Positions 19,746 through 30,700 are shown, counted from the stretch's first letter. The stretch: DNA of 64,000 nucleotides from Alphaproteobacteria bacterium (GCA_037138055.1 JBAXJB010000001.1:22300-86299), one strand, 5' to 3'. Notes: a model not told the origin generated them from the sequence alone. Translations and numbers: made by a program.

Positions 19746-21164
19746 TTAAGAATTGTAATAAAGTTCAAATTCTAGAGGATGCGGATGATGTGCCATTCTA
19801 TAGAATTCTTTCCATTTCATTTCCAAGTGCGAATCAATAAGTTCTTTAGAAAACACGCCAGATCTAGTCAGGTACTCATGATCATTTTCTAAAGCTTGTA
19901 AGGATTCTTTTAAGCAGCCACTTACTGTTGGTAGTGTTTTTGCAATGTCTTTATGTTCGAATAAATCAATATCTTGAGCATCACCTGGGTGAATACGATT
20001 TTGAATTCCATCAATGCCCGCCAATAACATTGCTGAAAAAGCAAGGTATGGATTTGCTGATGGGTCAGGAAAACGCACTTCAACACGCTTTGCTTTTGGT
20101 GAATGCACAACTGGAATGCGGCAGGCAGCAGAACGATTCTGTGCTGAATAAGCACAAATCACCGGCGCTTCATATCCCGGAATAAGTCGCTTATAGCTAT
20201 TAGTTGTTGGATTCGTAAACGCATTTAAGCTTTTTGCATGTTTTAAAATTCCACCAATATAAAAAAGCGCTGTGTCAGAAAGTCCAGCATAACCTTTGCC
20301 ACTAAATAAAGGTTCTGAATTTTTCCATAGGCTTTGGTGCACATGCATGCCTGATCCGTTATCACCAAATATAGGTTTCGGCATGAAAGTAGCAGTTTTA
20401 CCATATGAACGAGCTACGTTTCTCACAACATATTTATACACTTGCAGCTCGTCAGCGCCCTTAATAAGTGTGTTGTAAACAACGCCTAATTCATGTTGTG
20501 CTGGAGCAACTTCGTGGTGATGCTTTTCAACCCTTAATCCCATTTCAGCCATTTTCAGTAACATTTCTGAACGAATGTCTTGAGCTGAATCTAATGGTTG
20601 TACTGGAAAATAACCTCCTTTAGGACCGGGACGACACCCATGATTCTTAAGAGTTCCTTGTTCGTGAGTTTCACCATTTTGACTTGGGAACTCATCTGAA
20701 TATATTTCATAAGATGTTTTTTCTGAACGCGTTTGAAAGGCGACTCCATCAAAAATAAAAAATTCAGCTTCAGGGCCAAAAAATGCTTCGTCAGCTAGCC
20801 CAGTACTTTGTAAGTATTTCATACATTTTTTAGCAATTTGACGCGGGTCTTTTGCGTAAGGCTCTCCCGATTGGGGATGGTGCACATCACAAATAACAAT
20901 AGCCGTTGGATAAGATGAAAAAGGATCTAATCGCACATTATCCAAATCAGAACCAAAATCTGGCTTTAACAGCATGTCTGATTCATTAATGGCACACCAG
21001 CCGGCAATAGATGATCCATCAAACAGTAAACCATTCGTGCATAAATCATCATCAACGGCACTGGTTGGATAAGTTATATGATGCCAGGTCCCTCGTAAAT
21101 CAGTGAACCTAAAATCAACAAATTCAACTTGGTGGTGTTTTAAAAAATCAAAAAAAGCTCGCAC
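19746..21164 (-). CDS. glnA: glutamine synthetase, type I
   Basis: 472 aa. Contains VEFVDFRFTDLRGTWHH, FGPEAEFFIFD, GSGMHVHQSLW and NPYLAFSAMLLAG. Apparent GTG start. Confidence 0.96.
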   Translation of the reverse strand: MRAFFDFLKHHQVEFVDFRFTDLRGTWHHITYPTSAVDDDLCTNGLLFDGSSIAGWCAINESDMLLKPDFGSDLDNVRLDPFSSYPTAIVICDVHHPQSGEPYAKDPRQIAKKCMKYLQSTGLADEAFFGPEAEFFIFDGVAFQTRSEKTSYEIYSDEFPSQNGETHEQGTLKNHGCRPGPKGGYFPVQPLDSAQDIRSEMLLKMAEMGLRVEKHHHEVAPAQHELGVVYNTLIKGADELQVYKYVVRNVARSYGKTATFMPKPIFGDNGSGMHVHQSLWKNSEPLFSGKGYAGLSDTALFYIGGILKHAKSLNAFTNPTTNSYKRLIPGYEAPVICAYSAQNRSAACRIPVVHSPKAKRVEVRFPDPSANPYLAFSAMLLAGIDGIQNRIHPGDAQDIDLFEHKDIAKTLPTVSGCLKESLQALENDHEYLTRSGVFSKELIDSHLEMKWKEFYRMAHHPHPLEFELYYNS

Positions 21165-21215
21165 GTCAATAACATTGTAAAAGTTTACCTTAGGCTAGCT
21201 AAGCTTTAAAAAAAG

Positions 21216-22328
21216 TCAACTGATATCCGATTGATTTTTAGATGCTGCAAGATCTAATTGAATTTTATAACCTTTTTTGCAAAATTCCTGTACGCGCTTA
21301 TATTCTGCAGCGAATTCTTCATCTAATTCAGACAATCTTTTGAGTTTTTTTGAGTGCTTATTCATTACCAAGGGGTCAATTCCCCTAAATTTGGGTTTAG
21401 GAATAAAATCAGGAGTTCCTTCATCATCTTCTAAAAGATGATATGCAGTTTTAGGATAATGTGCTTTCGCAATTAATCGTGTGACTTCTTCATCATCACA
21501 AGCTTTAAGCTTTTCTAGAACTTGTAGGTCAGTGCCAAAATTCATATCGTGTTGAGTTACGCGCTGCAACAAAAAAGCACGTTTTAAGATTTTACTGGTG
21601 ATAAAATATACAACCATGTGATCAGCTGATCCCCAAAAATGTTCTGTAAAATGCAATGGTAATTTTGCGAACTTTTTAGCAGCAGCTTTGCTTACAAAGA
21701 ACCATTTTCCTTCTTCAAAACGTAAGTTGCTTGCAATGAATTTTATGTTTTTTTGTGTTATCATTTTAAACACAAGCCCAGTGCGCAAATTATATGCAAT
21801 ACGATCAGCGCACATATCAGGCAATGATTGTTCAAGGCGAGTAAATCCTGGTTTATCTGGCATAATATCTTTTTCGGTCCAGTCATGGCCTTGTATAACT
21901 TCGGCAATTTTCGTTTGCTGTAAAAACCATTCATGAATGGTGTCTTGATAATTTTCTATGCCAAAAAAAACATCTGCCACATGCGAAAAAACCGTATGGG
22001 AAATATCGTGAGTCAATGCTGAAATTTGCTCTTGAAGGTCTCCACCAAAATTTTGGACAAGCCACAATACATCAAGTGAGTGATCCAGCCTGTTAAACTT
22101 AGGTATGCCATTCCAGTAGGCTGGTGATCCTGATTGATCAATTCCTTTTAGGCGCTGCATATGCTCAAGGTTGTAAATTTTTAGCAGCTCATCCTGAAGT
22201 TTCAGGGGGCCAAAAATTGTTTGAGCATCGATGCTTGTTTTTGCTTCAGGGATTGGTTCGGCAAAAAGCGTAGAAAATAAAACAATGAAAGCAAAGCTTA
22301 TATTTTTAAATGGAAGGCATTTGTTCAT
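21216..22328 (-). CDS. HD-domain phosphohydrolase (COG1078 / SAMHD1-like core) with N-terminal signal peptide
   Basis: Contains HMQRLKGIDQSG, NRLDHSLDV and LTHDISHTVFSH (cf. QRLR.I.QLG, RFEHSLGV, HDIGHGPFSH). I prefer ATG 22328 (MNKCLPFKNISFAFIVLFSTLFAEP) over the TTG at 22370 used in the track. Confidence 0.72.
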   Translation of the reverse strand: MNKCLPFKNISFAFIVLFSTLFAEPIPEAKTSIDAQTIFGPLKLQDELLKIYNLEHMQRLKGIDQSGSPAYWNGIPKFNRLDHSLDVLWLVQNFGGDLQEQISALTHDISHTVFSHVADVFFGIENYQDTIHEWFLQQTKIAEVIQGHDWTEKDIMPDKPGFTRLEQSLPDMCADRIAYNLRTGLVFKMITQKNIKFIASNLRFEEGKWFFVSKAAAKKFAKLPLHFTEHFWGSADHMVVYFITSKILKRAFLLQRVTQHDMNFGTDLQVLEKLKACDDEEVTRLIAKAHYPKTAYHLLEDDEGTPDFIPKPKFRGIDPLVMNKHSKKLKRLSELDEEFAAEYKRVQEFCKKGYKIQLDLAASKNQSDIS

Positions 22329-22479
22329 TTTTATTCCTATGTTTTGCATGTCAGGGTTGCGCCCTTGCAAGTAGTTATGACAATATCAACAATCTTAGCT
22401 TATAACTTTTAATTTGCATGAGCCAATTTTTCAAACAATATAAAATTTTAATTTAGTTATATTTCTTTGCGGGTAAAAA

Positions 22480-23385
22480 ATGACTAAAATTGCGGTCCTT
22501 ATTCCTTGTTACAACGAGGAAAAAGCTATTTATAAAGTTGTGAGGGACTTTAAGTCTCAGCTTCCTGAAGCTGATATCTATGTCTATGACAATAATTCAA
22601 GAGACAATACAACTGAAGAAGCTAAGCGAGCAGGAGCAATTGTTAAGTTTGAGTCTCGTCAAGGAAAAGGGCATGTTGTGCGGCAGATGTTTTCGAACAT
22701 TGAAGCAGATATTTATCTTATGGTTGATGGTGATGGTACTTATGATCACTCACGTGCTCGAGAACTAGTTAACGCACTGCTAGAACATCAGCTAGACATG
22801 GTCATTGGAACGCGCGTTGAAAAAACCGAAACGGCGCACCGCACAGGGCATAAATTAGGCAATCAATTATTTAATTTTGCGCTCAAAGTACTTTTTCAAA
22901 GTAACTTTAAAGATATTTTTTCCGGGTACCGAGCTTTCTCTCGTCGTATGATCAAGAGTTTTCCTGCTATTTCAAACGGATTTGATATTGAAACTGAACT
23001 ATCAGTATTTGCGCTGAATTTAAAACTGCCTGTTAAAGAAATTGAAACTGATTTTTTTGATCGGATAGCAGGTACTCAAAGTAAGCTATCCACATTTAAA
23101 GATGGATTTAAAATTGGATTACGTATGTTATCGTTATTCAAAGATTTTCGCCCATTCTTACTCTTTTCATTAATATCTGCTTTCTTAATTTCTCTAAGCT
23201 TATTTTTGGGTGTGCAAGTTATTCAAGAATTTTTATCCACCGCTTATGTATCACGTGTTCCAACAGCCCTACTTTGTGTGGGTTTGATGGTTCTTGGATT
23301 TTTAAGCTTTGCATGTGGATTGATTCTAGATAGTATGAGCAATCAGCGCAGGGAAAATTTAAGACTCCATTACTTGCGCAATTGA
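22480..23385 (+). CDS. GT2 glycosyltransferase with C-terminal TM helices (polyprenyl-phosphate glycosyltransferase, ArnC/GtrB/DPM1-like)
   Basis: 301 aa. Contains VLIPCYNEE, YDNNSRDNT, VDGDGTYD (DxD), and two C-terminal hydrophobic helices. Confidence 0.82.
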   Translation: MTKIAVLIPCYNEEKAIYKVVRDFKSQLPEADIYVYDNNSRDNTTEEAKRAGAIVKFESRQGKGHVVRQMFSNIEADIYLMVDGDGTYDHSRARELVNALLEHQLDMVIGTRVEKTETAHRTGHKLGNQLFNFALKVLFQSNFKDIFSGYRAFSRRMIKSFPAISNGFDIETELSVFALNLKLPVKEIETDFFDRIAGTQSKLSTFKDGFKIGLRMLSLFKDFRPFLLFSLISAFLISLSLFLGVQVIQEFLSTAYVSRVPTALLCVGLMVLGFLSFACGLILDSMSNQRRENLRLHYLRN

Positions 23386-23493
23386 AATTTTTTATTTTCG
23401 TAAAACGCAATATCGTTGTCGTTGAACTATTTTCGTGGCGCGCGTTTATGAAAAAATGCTATGGTTTAGCTAACTTTTTTGGACAGTTGATAT

Positions 23494-26205
23494 ATGAGCA
23501 CGCAAATTACTACAGATGTAAAGCCAGTTTCCTTAGAAGAGGAGATGAAGAGGTCTTATCTTGATTACGCTATGAGCGTGATTGTGTCGCGTGCTTTGCC
23601 AGACGTTCGTGATGGTCTGAAGCCTGTTCATCGTCGTATTTTATATACCATGAAGGAAATTGGCCTGGAATATAACAGGCCGCACAAGAAATCTGCCAAC
23701 GTAGTCGGTAACGTGATGGCGAAATACCATCCTCATGGTGATTCAGCCATTTATGATTCTATGGTTCGAATGGCACAATGGTTCAGTTTGCGTGTTCCAT
23801 TGGTGGATGGTCAAGGTAACTTTGGTTCAATGGATGGAGATCCGCCAGCTGCTCCTCGTTACACCGAAGCACGTTTAAGCAAAGTAGCTCATTCTTTACT
23901 TGATGATATCGATCAAGATACCGTAGATTTTCGTGCCAACTATGATGATACAACGGTTGAACCTATAGTTCTTCCTGCTAAATTTCCAAACTTGCTGGTA
24001 AATGGTACTAGCGGTATTGCAGTTGGTATGGCTACTAATATTCCTACCCATAATTTAGGTGAGATTGTTGATGCAACGTGTGCATTGATTGACAATTCAG
24101 ACCTTACTATTGAAGAGCTTATGGAATATGTGCCAGGTCCAGATTTTCCGACGGGTGCAATTGTGTTGGGCCGCAAGGGCATTATTGAAGCATTCCATAC
24201 AGGACGTGGTAGTATTACTATCCGATCAAAAACAACAATTGAAAATATTTCAGGAAGCCGTGAAGCGATAATTGTTCACGAAATGCCTTACCAAGTGAAT
24301 AAATCACGCATGATTGAAAAAATCGCAGAACTTGTGCGTGATAAAACTATCGAAGGTATTTCTGATTTACGCGATGAGTCAAACCGCGAGGGTGTGCGCG
24401 TTGTTATTGAGCTGAAGAAAGATGTTAATGCAGAAGTTATTCTTAACAAGCTTTATCGTCATAGTCAGTTACAAGTAAGCTTTGGTTACAATATGTTGGC
24501 CATTGTGCATGGTCGTCCAGTGCAACTTTCGATCAAGAGCATTCTTCAGCACTTTATTGATTTCCGTGAAGAAGTTATTACACGCCGAACAAAATACTTA
24601 TTGAATCGTGCACGTGAAAAAAGTCATTTATTATTAGGTTTTTCTGTTGCAGTTGCTAACCTTGATCCGGTAATTGAGTTAATTCGTGCTTCAAAAGATC
24701 GTAACGAAGCCCGGGAGCAATTACTAGCTCGTGTTTGGAATGGCTCATCAGTTGCTGAGTACATAAAGCTTGTGGAAGCCAACGCTGATGTTATTAGTGT
24801 TGATGGTCAATATCGTTTAAGCGAATTACAAGCAAATGCAATTTTAGATTTGCGTTTACATCGCTTAACTGGTTTAGAGCGTGAGAAAATCTTAAAAGAT
24901 TTAGACGATATTGCTAAAGATATTCAAGAGTATTTAGATATTTTGGGATCACGTTTGCGTATTCTGACGATTTTGAAAGAAGAATTAAACGCTATTAAAG
25001 AAATTTTCCCAAGTCCGCGTCGTACTGTTATTGAAGATGCGGTTACCAAGCTTGAATTAGATGATCTAATTCAGCGTGAAGATATGGTCATTACCGTAAG
25101 TTTGAGTGGCTACATTAAACGTGTTCCCCTATCCACCTATCGTGCGCAAAGACGAGGCGGCAAAGGGCGATCTGCAATGACTATCAGAGATGAAGATGTG
25201 GTCTGTGATATCATTATTGCCAATACTCATAGTCATGTTTTATTCTTCTCAACGCTTGGTAAGGTGTACCAAATGAAAGCTTACGAGCTTCCTTTGGCAA
25301 CGCCACAATCACGGGGTCGAGCGATGGTTAACTTGTTGCCATTAACAGGCAATGAAACTATTTCAACAGTATTAGTGTTACCTGAAGCAACTGAGCGTAA
25401 AGATCAAGAAGTCTTCTTAATGTTTGCAACCAATACAGGAAATGTTCGTCGTAACAAACTGCAAGATTTTTCAAACATTCCAAGCAATGGCAAACGTGCT
25501 ATGAAGCTTGACGATGCAGGCGAAGAATTGATTGCCGTTAAGTTGTGCACAGAAAAAGACGACGTGATGTTGTTTACTAAAAAAGGACTATGTAATCGCT
25601 TTAATGTTGCAGATAACGTACGTGTATTTGCTGGGCGTGATTCTAATGGTGTGCGTGGAATAAGGTTGCAACCAAAAGATTATGTCATCAGTGTGACGAT
25701 ACTTAATCCTGGTAAAGTTACAATTGAAGAACGTAACGCATATTTGAAAATGGCAAAAGCTGCACGTCAAGGCGTAAGTGATGAGCCTGAAATTATTGAA
25801 GCAGATGAAGAAGTAGCAGCAATTACTATAACAAATGAACGTTTTGAAGAGCTTCAGGCAATGGAAGAATTCATTCTAACGGTTACTGAAAATGGCTTTG
25901 GTAAGCGTAGTTCTGCTTATGAATACCGTACTACAAAGCGTGGTGGTGTTGGTTTTGATAGCATTATCACAAGCGTTCGTAATGGTGGTGTAGTAGCTGC
26001 ATTCCCAGTAAGGGAGCAAGACCAAATTATGTTGGTAACTACAAGCGGTCAGCTGATTCGTTGTCCAATTACTGATGTTCGTATTACTGGACGTCGTACA
26101 CAAGGGGTTATTATTTTCAGAATTGATAGCGGTGAAAATGTTGTTTCAGTTAGCAAAATAGAAGAAGGCGTAGAAGGCGAAGAAGAAATTGTTGAAGTTT
26201 CTTAA
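23494..26205 (+). CDS. gyrA: DNA gyrase subunit A
   Basis: 903 aa. Contains [29 protein letters not shown], the RYTEARL active-site Tyr region, and C-terminal beta-pinwheel repeats. Confidence 0.98.
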   Translation: MSTQITTDVKPVSLEEEMKRSYLDYAMSVIVSRALPDVRDGLKPVHRRILYTMKEIGLEYNRPHKKSANVVGNVMAKYHPHGDSAIYDSMVRMAQWFSLRVPLVDGQGNFGSMDGDPPAAPRYTEARLSKVAHSLLDDIDQDTVDFRANYDDTTVEPIVLPAKFPNLLVNGTSGIAVGMATNIPTHNLGEIVDATCALIDNSDLTIEELMEYVPGPDFPTGAIVLGRKGIIEAFHTGRGSITIRSKTTIENISGSREAIIVHEMPYQVNKSRMIEKIAELVRDKTIEGISDLRDESNREGVRVVIELKKDVNAEVILNKLYRHSQLQVSFGYNMLAIVHGRPVQLSIKSILQHFIDFREEVITRRTKYLLNRAREKSHLLLGFSVAVANLDPVIELIRASKDRNEAREQLLARVWNGSSVAEYIKLVEANADVISVDGQYRLSELQANAILDLRLHRLTGLEREKILKDLDDIAKDIQEYLDILGSRLRILTILKEELNAIKEIFPSPRRTVIEDAVTKLELDDLIQREDMVITVSLSGYIKRVPLSTYRAQRRGGKGRSAMTIRDEDVVCDIIIANTHSHVLFFSTLGKVYQMKAYELPLATPQSRGRAMVNLLPLTGNETISTVLVLPEATERKDQEVFLMFATNTGNVRRNKLQDFSNIPSNGKRAMKLDDAGEELIAVKLCTEKDDVMLFTKKGLCNRFNVADNVRVFAGRDSNGVRGIRLQPKDYVISVTILNPGKVTIEERNAYLKMAKAARQGVSDEPEIIEADEEVAAITITNERFEELQAMEEFILTVTENGFGKRSSAYEYRTTKRGGVGFDSIITSVRNGGVVAAFPVREQDQIMLVTTSGQLIRCPITDVRITGRRTQGVIIFRIDSGENVVSVSKIEEGVEGEEEIVEVS

Positions 26206-26237
26206 TTTGTTCAGCGATTAGGTTATAAGGGAATTCT

Positions 26238-27017
26238 ATGAATACTAGTATAAAAAAAGGCTCCCCGGATAGGTTTGGATATGAATGGAGTGTATACAAT
26301 AAAATTCTTCCTATTTACGAGGAACAATTTAAACGTTGGACCACTCTTATTTCTGAGCAAGAATGGAAAGACATAACTCTTCTTGATGTAGGGTGTGGCA
26401 CCGGCAGAAACTCTATCTGGCCAATCAAATACGGAGCTAAAAAAGTTGTAGCTATAGATGTTGACGAAGGGTCATTGAGCAGTGCTCGAGAAAATTTAAA
26501 AGATTTTTCAAATGCAGAAGTTAAAAAGATGAGCGCCTATGACATAGAATATACTGACCACTTTGATATAAGTTTTTCTATAGGCGTGATTCACCACCTT
26601 GAATTTCCAGAAAAAGCTCTGTCAAAAATGTTTCAAGCAACGAAGCATGGCGGAAAAGTTTTAATCTGGGTTTACGGATATGAAAATAGTGAATGGGTTG
26701 TGAAATATCTTAATCCTATTAGAAAATTTCTTTTTTCAAAATTGCCTATTAAATTTACTCATTTTCTTTCTTTATTTCCTACGGCTGCAATTTATTTGTT
26801 GGTTCGCATTGGGCTTGGAAAAATAGAATATTTTAGGCTGATTAGGAAATTTTCTTTTTGGCATTTACGCTCTATTGTTTTCGATCAAATGCTTCCAAGC
26901 ATTGCAAATTACTGGAAAAAAGATGAAGTGCTTAGCTTGATGAAAAAAACAGGACTTAAAAAAATTGAAATCGCCCAAGTGAACGATATGTCCTGGTGTG
27001 CAGTTGGCATTAAGTAA
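26238..27017 (+). CDS. class I SAM-dependent methyltransferase
   Basis: 259 aa. Motif I is LLDVGCGTGRNS. Substrate unknown. Confidence 0.78.
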   Translation: MNTSIKKGSPDRFGYEWSVYNKILPIYEEQFKRWTTLISEQEWKDITLLDVGCGTGRNSIWPIKYGAKKVVAIDVDEGSLSSARENLKDFSNAEVKKMSAYDIEYTDHFDISFSIGVIHHLEFPEKALSKMFQATKHGGKVLIWVYGYENSEWVVKYLNPIRKFLFSKLPIKFTHFLSLFPTAAIYLLVRIGLGKIEYFRLIRKFSFWHLRSIVFDQMLPSIANYWKKDEVLSLMKKTGLKKIEIAQVNDMSWCAVGIK

Positions 27018-27130
27018 TTTGAGTGTTTACAGAAATAGAACATAATGCATTCTTTTTTGCTTATAATGTTATCTTCCACAATCGCTTTTAATTTTGCTAG
27101 AATGGTTCGAAAGGTGTAAGGGCTTGGTCT

Positions 27131-27640
27131 ATGTCTTCAACAAGTAGTAAGCAAGAGATGAGTATGGATGATATTTTAGCATCCATACGTAGCTATGTTT
27201 CAGAAGGTCAAACATACTCTAAAAACGAAGATGCACCATATCTACCATCAGAAGAAAAACTAGAAAAAAAATATTATGACCCCGAAGTTATTCAATTAAC
27301 TGATGAAATAATTCCGATTGAAACAATTAGCATACAATCAACTTCCTCATCATTTTCATCTTTAGCGCCAGCTGAAAAAACATCAATTGATAGGAATATT
27401 GCGCATCCTAATTCCCAATCCTCCTCTAGCTTTTTTCAAAGCTCAAAGAGCACTGACAACCCTTTTAATCGTTTGCAAAATGAAATAGTAGCCAATACTC
27501 AAACACCAACAAATTTGTCATCAGACGAATTATTGAGCCAGCTTGCTATGCCATTAATTAAAAATTGGCTTGACCAAAATTTAAGAAAAATTGTTGAAGA
27601 CATTGTAGAAAAAGAAATTGAACGCATGCGACGCAGCTAA
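27131..27640 (+). CDS. DUF2497 / PopZ-like protein
   Basis: 169 aa. N-terminal [14 protein letters not shown] (cf. PopZ MEEILASIRRIISE), a Ser/Pro-rich disordered middle, and C-terminal [29 protein letters not shown] (cf. PopZ LRPMLKEWLDNNLP..VERLVREEIERI). Confidence 0.65.
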   Translation: MSSTSSKQEMSMDDILASIRSYVSEGQTYSKNEDAPYLPSEEKLEKKYYDPEVIQLTDEIIPIETISIQSTSSSFSSLAPAEKTSIDRNIAHPNSQSSSSFFQSSKSTDNPFNRLQNEIVANTQTPTNLSSDELLSQLAMPLIKNWLDQNLRKIVEDIVEKEIERMRRS

Positions 27641-27685
27641 TCTCCTTGTGTGATTGCCAAAGTGTTTGCTATATTTCCTATAGAT

Positions 27686-27762
27686 CGGAACGTAGCGCAG
27701 CCTGGTAGCGCACTATTCTGGGGGGATAGGGGTCGTGGGTTCGAATCCCGCCGTTCCGACCA
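27686..27762 (+). tRNA. tRNA-Pro (anticodon GGG)
   Basis: Hand-folded. Acceptor CGGAACG/CGTTCCG, D-arm GCGC-AGCCTGGTA-GCGC, anticodon stem CTATT/GATAG with loop CTGGGGG (GGG), T-arm GTGGG-TTCGAAT-CCCGC, encoded CCA. 77 nt. Confidence 0.9.
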
Positions 27763-27777
27763 CTTTTGGAGAAAGTA

Positions 27778-30700
27778 ATGTTTATCCCCACCTTTGCTAC
27801 TATCGAATTATCTCACCTATGGAACCAACTAGAAAAACAATATCGTACTAATGAAACAAGTGCCGTTGAGCATCTTCTAAAAAAATACGAATCAATGTCT
27901 AGTTACCATAAATTTGCTGCAAAAAAAGCGCATGAAATTATTAATCATTTAAGAAAAAATAAACTCAGCCCACTACGTATTGAAAGCTTGTTGCAAACAT
28001 ACCGATTGAGTACGCAAGAAGGCTTAGCATTAATGTGTATGGCAGAAGCACTCTTGCGTATTCCTGATAATTGCACAAAAAGTAAATTAATACGCGATAA
28101 ACTTGGTCTTGGTACTTGGAAAAATATTGATGAAGTCACATGGGTTGAGCGTTTAGCAAACTTTAGTTTAAGTCAAACCAGCAAATTTTTATCTTTTGGG
28201 ACCTCAGGATCTGTTTTTAGCCATATTCCAGGATTGATTCGTCGTTTTGGTGAGCCACTTATTCGCCAAATTATGGTGAAAATTATTCACACAATGGGGC
28301 ATCAATTTGTAGCTGGTGAAACTATTGAAATAGCAAATTCTAAAAAAGGAAATGATCTATATTCTTTTGATATGCTTGGCGAGGCAGTAAAAACAAAAGA
28401 AGATGCAAGACGTTATTTTGATGCTTATTTAAATGCAATTGAAGCCTTAAAAGGACAATCAGGTGACATTGTCGAAAAGTCTAGTATTTCAATAAAACTA
28501 TCAGCACTTCATCCGCGTTACGAATTATTAAAGCGCGATAGTGTAAAATCTGAGCTTGGTGAAACATTACTGAAACTTTGCCAGGCAGCTAAAGATGCTG
28601 AAATAATGTTGACGGTAGATGCTGAAGAAACAGACAGATTAGAGCTATCTTTGGAAATCATTCACGATGTATACACTCATGATTCTTTAAAAGGCTGGGG
28701 TGGATTTGGTCTAGCTGTTCAAGCCTATCAAAAGCGTGCACATGTTGTTATTGATTGGCTTGTTTTAATGGCCAAGACGGCTGGTGAACGCATGCACATA
28801 CGTCTTGTTAAAGGAGCTTATTGGGACAGTGAAATAAAATGGTGTCAAGAACGTGGGTTAAGCGATTATCCTGTATTTACACAAAAAGCTCACACCGATT
28901 TGTCTTATTTAGTGTGTGCTGAAAAAATTTTAAATGCTTCTCCTTTAATTTACGGACAGTTTGCAACGCACAATGCTTATACGGCAGCATTTGTTTTGGA
29001 AATGGCTGCGCAAAAAGCCGTGACTAAATTTGAATTACAACGACTCTATGGCATGGGTGAATCGCTTTATGAGCATATTCACGCACGTCACCGTATTTAT
29101 GGGCCTGTGGGTGTGTATAAGGATCTGTTGGCTTATCTTGTGCGTAGGCTCCTTGAAAATGGCGCAAATAGCAGTTTTGTTCATCAAATTTATGATCTGC
29201 AATTACCTGCAGAATCGCTTGTGAAAAGCGTTAGTGCTCAATGCAAAGAAACTCACAATAATCCTCACCCTAAAATTAAAATACCAGCGGAAATGTATGG
29301 GGTCTACCGCCGTAATTCAAAAGGCGATGATTTATCTTCCTATGATTTTTTAAAGCATATTCACAAATTGATAAATTCTTATTCATTAAAAGATGCGCCT
29401 GAAGTTCTTGGGGCCGATCAATTAAAAAAACTTTTAAGCCACGCGGATCAATCCCAAAATGGCTGGGAAAAAATTGGTGTTGAAAATCGTGCTCGAATTA
29501 TTGAAAAGATCGGTGATCTTTTAGATGAAAAACGCGATGAACTTATTCAAATATTGTGTGTAGAAGGGCGAAAAACAGTAAGTGACTGTATCGCTGAAAT
29601 TCGTGAAGCAATTGATTTTTGTTATTACTACGCGAACCAAGCTCGTCAACTTTTAGATTCCCCAATAGAGCTTCCTGGACCGACAGGAGAATTGAATAAT
29701 TTATCATATCATGCTCGTGGCGTCTTTGTTTGCATAGCACCTTGGAATTTTCCTTTGGCAATTTTCTTAGGGCAGGCTATTGCTGCTTTGATTACAGGCA
29801 ATACTGTTCTTGCTAAGCCTTCTCATCAAACACCAAGGATAGGATTATTTGCTACAGAGCTTGCTCACAAAGCTGGTGTGCCAAAGGACGCTTTTCAATT
29901 CATGCATTGCAATGGTGTTGACGTCTCCGAATATCTTTTAACTGATTCTAGAGTTAAAGGTGTTGTTTTCACTGGTTCAACGGATACAGCAATTCGTATT
30001 AATCAAACTTTGGCAGGTAGGCAAGGGTCAATTGTGCCGCTTATTGCCGAAACTGGTGGAATGAATGCTATGATTGTGGATTCGTCAGCATTGCATGAGC
30101 AAGTTGTTACGGATGTTATTAGTTCAGCATTTCAAAGTGCGGGACAGCGTTGCTCAGCTTTGCGTGTTTTGTTTATTCAAGAAGATGTTGCCGATGACTT
30201 ATTGCACATGCTTAGTAACGCAATGAGTGATCTTGAAGTGAATGAGACGTGGAATTTAAGCACAGATGTTGGTCCTCTTATCGATAATGCAGCTAAAGAA
30301 AATCTTGAAAACCACATACTATATCTAAATAGTCTTGAAAAAACTGGCCATGCAAAAAATATTTACACTTGTAGTGCGCCAGATCATGGTAATTTTTTTG
30401 GCCCAGAATTATGGGAAATTGAATCTATTAACTTACTAAAAGAAGAAGTTTTTGGCCCCGTTGTCCATGTTGTGCGCTTTAAAGCGGATGATCTTGAAAA
30501 AGTTTTCTGTCAAATAAATGATACAGGCTATGGATTGACTATGGGCATTCACAGCCGATTAGAATCAACCATTGCTACAGCAGAGCGTCTTGCAAAAGTA
30601 GGTAATTTATATATTAATCGTAATATGATTGGTGCAGTGGTTGGCGTGCAACCATTTGGTGGTGAAGGGCTTTCTGGTACTGGTCCCAAAGCTGGTGGTC

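Noticed and set aside
23233-23241. DnaA-box-like TTATCCACC near gyrA
   Set aside because: It is a single copy inside the GT2 coding sequence, with no cluster of boxes and no adjacent AT-rich unwinding element. This is not an origin.
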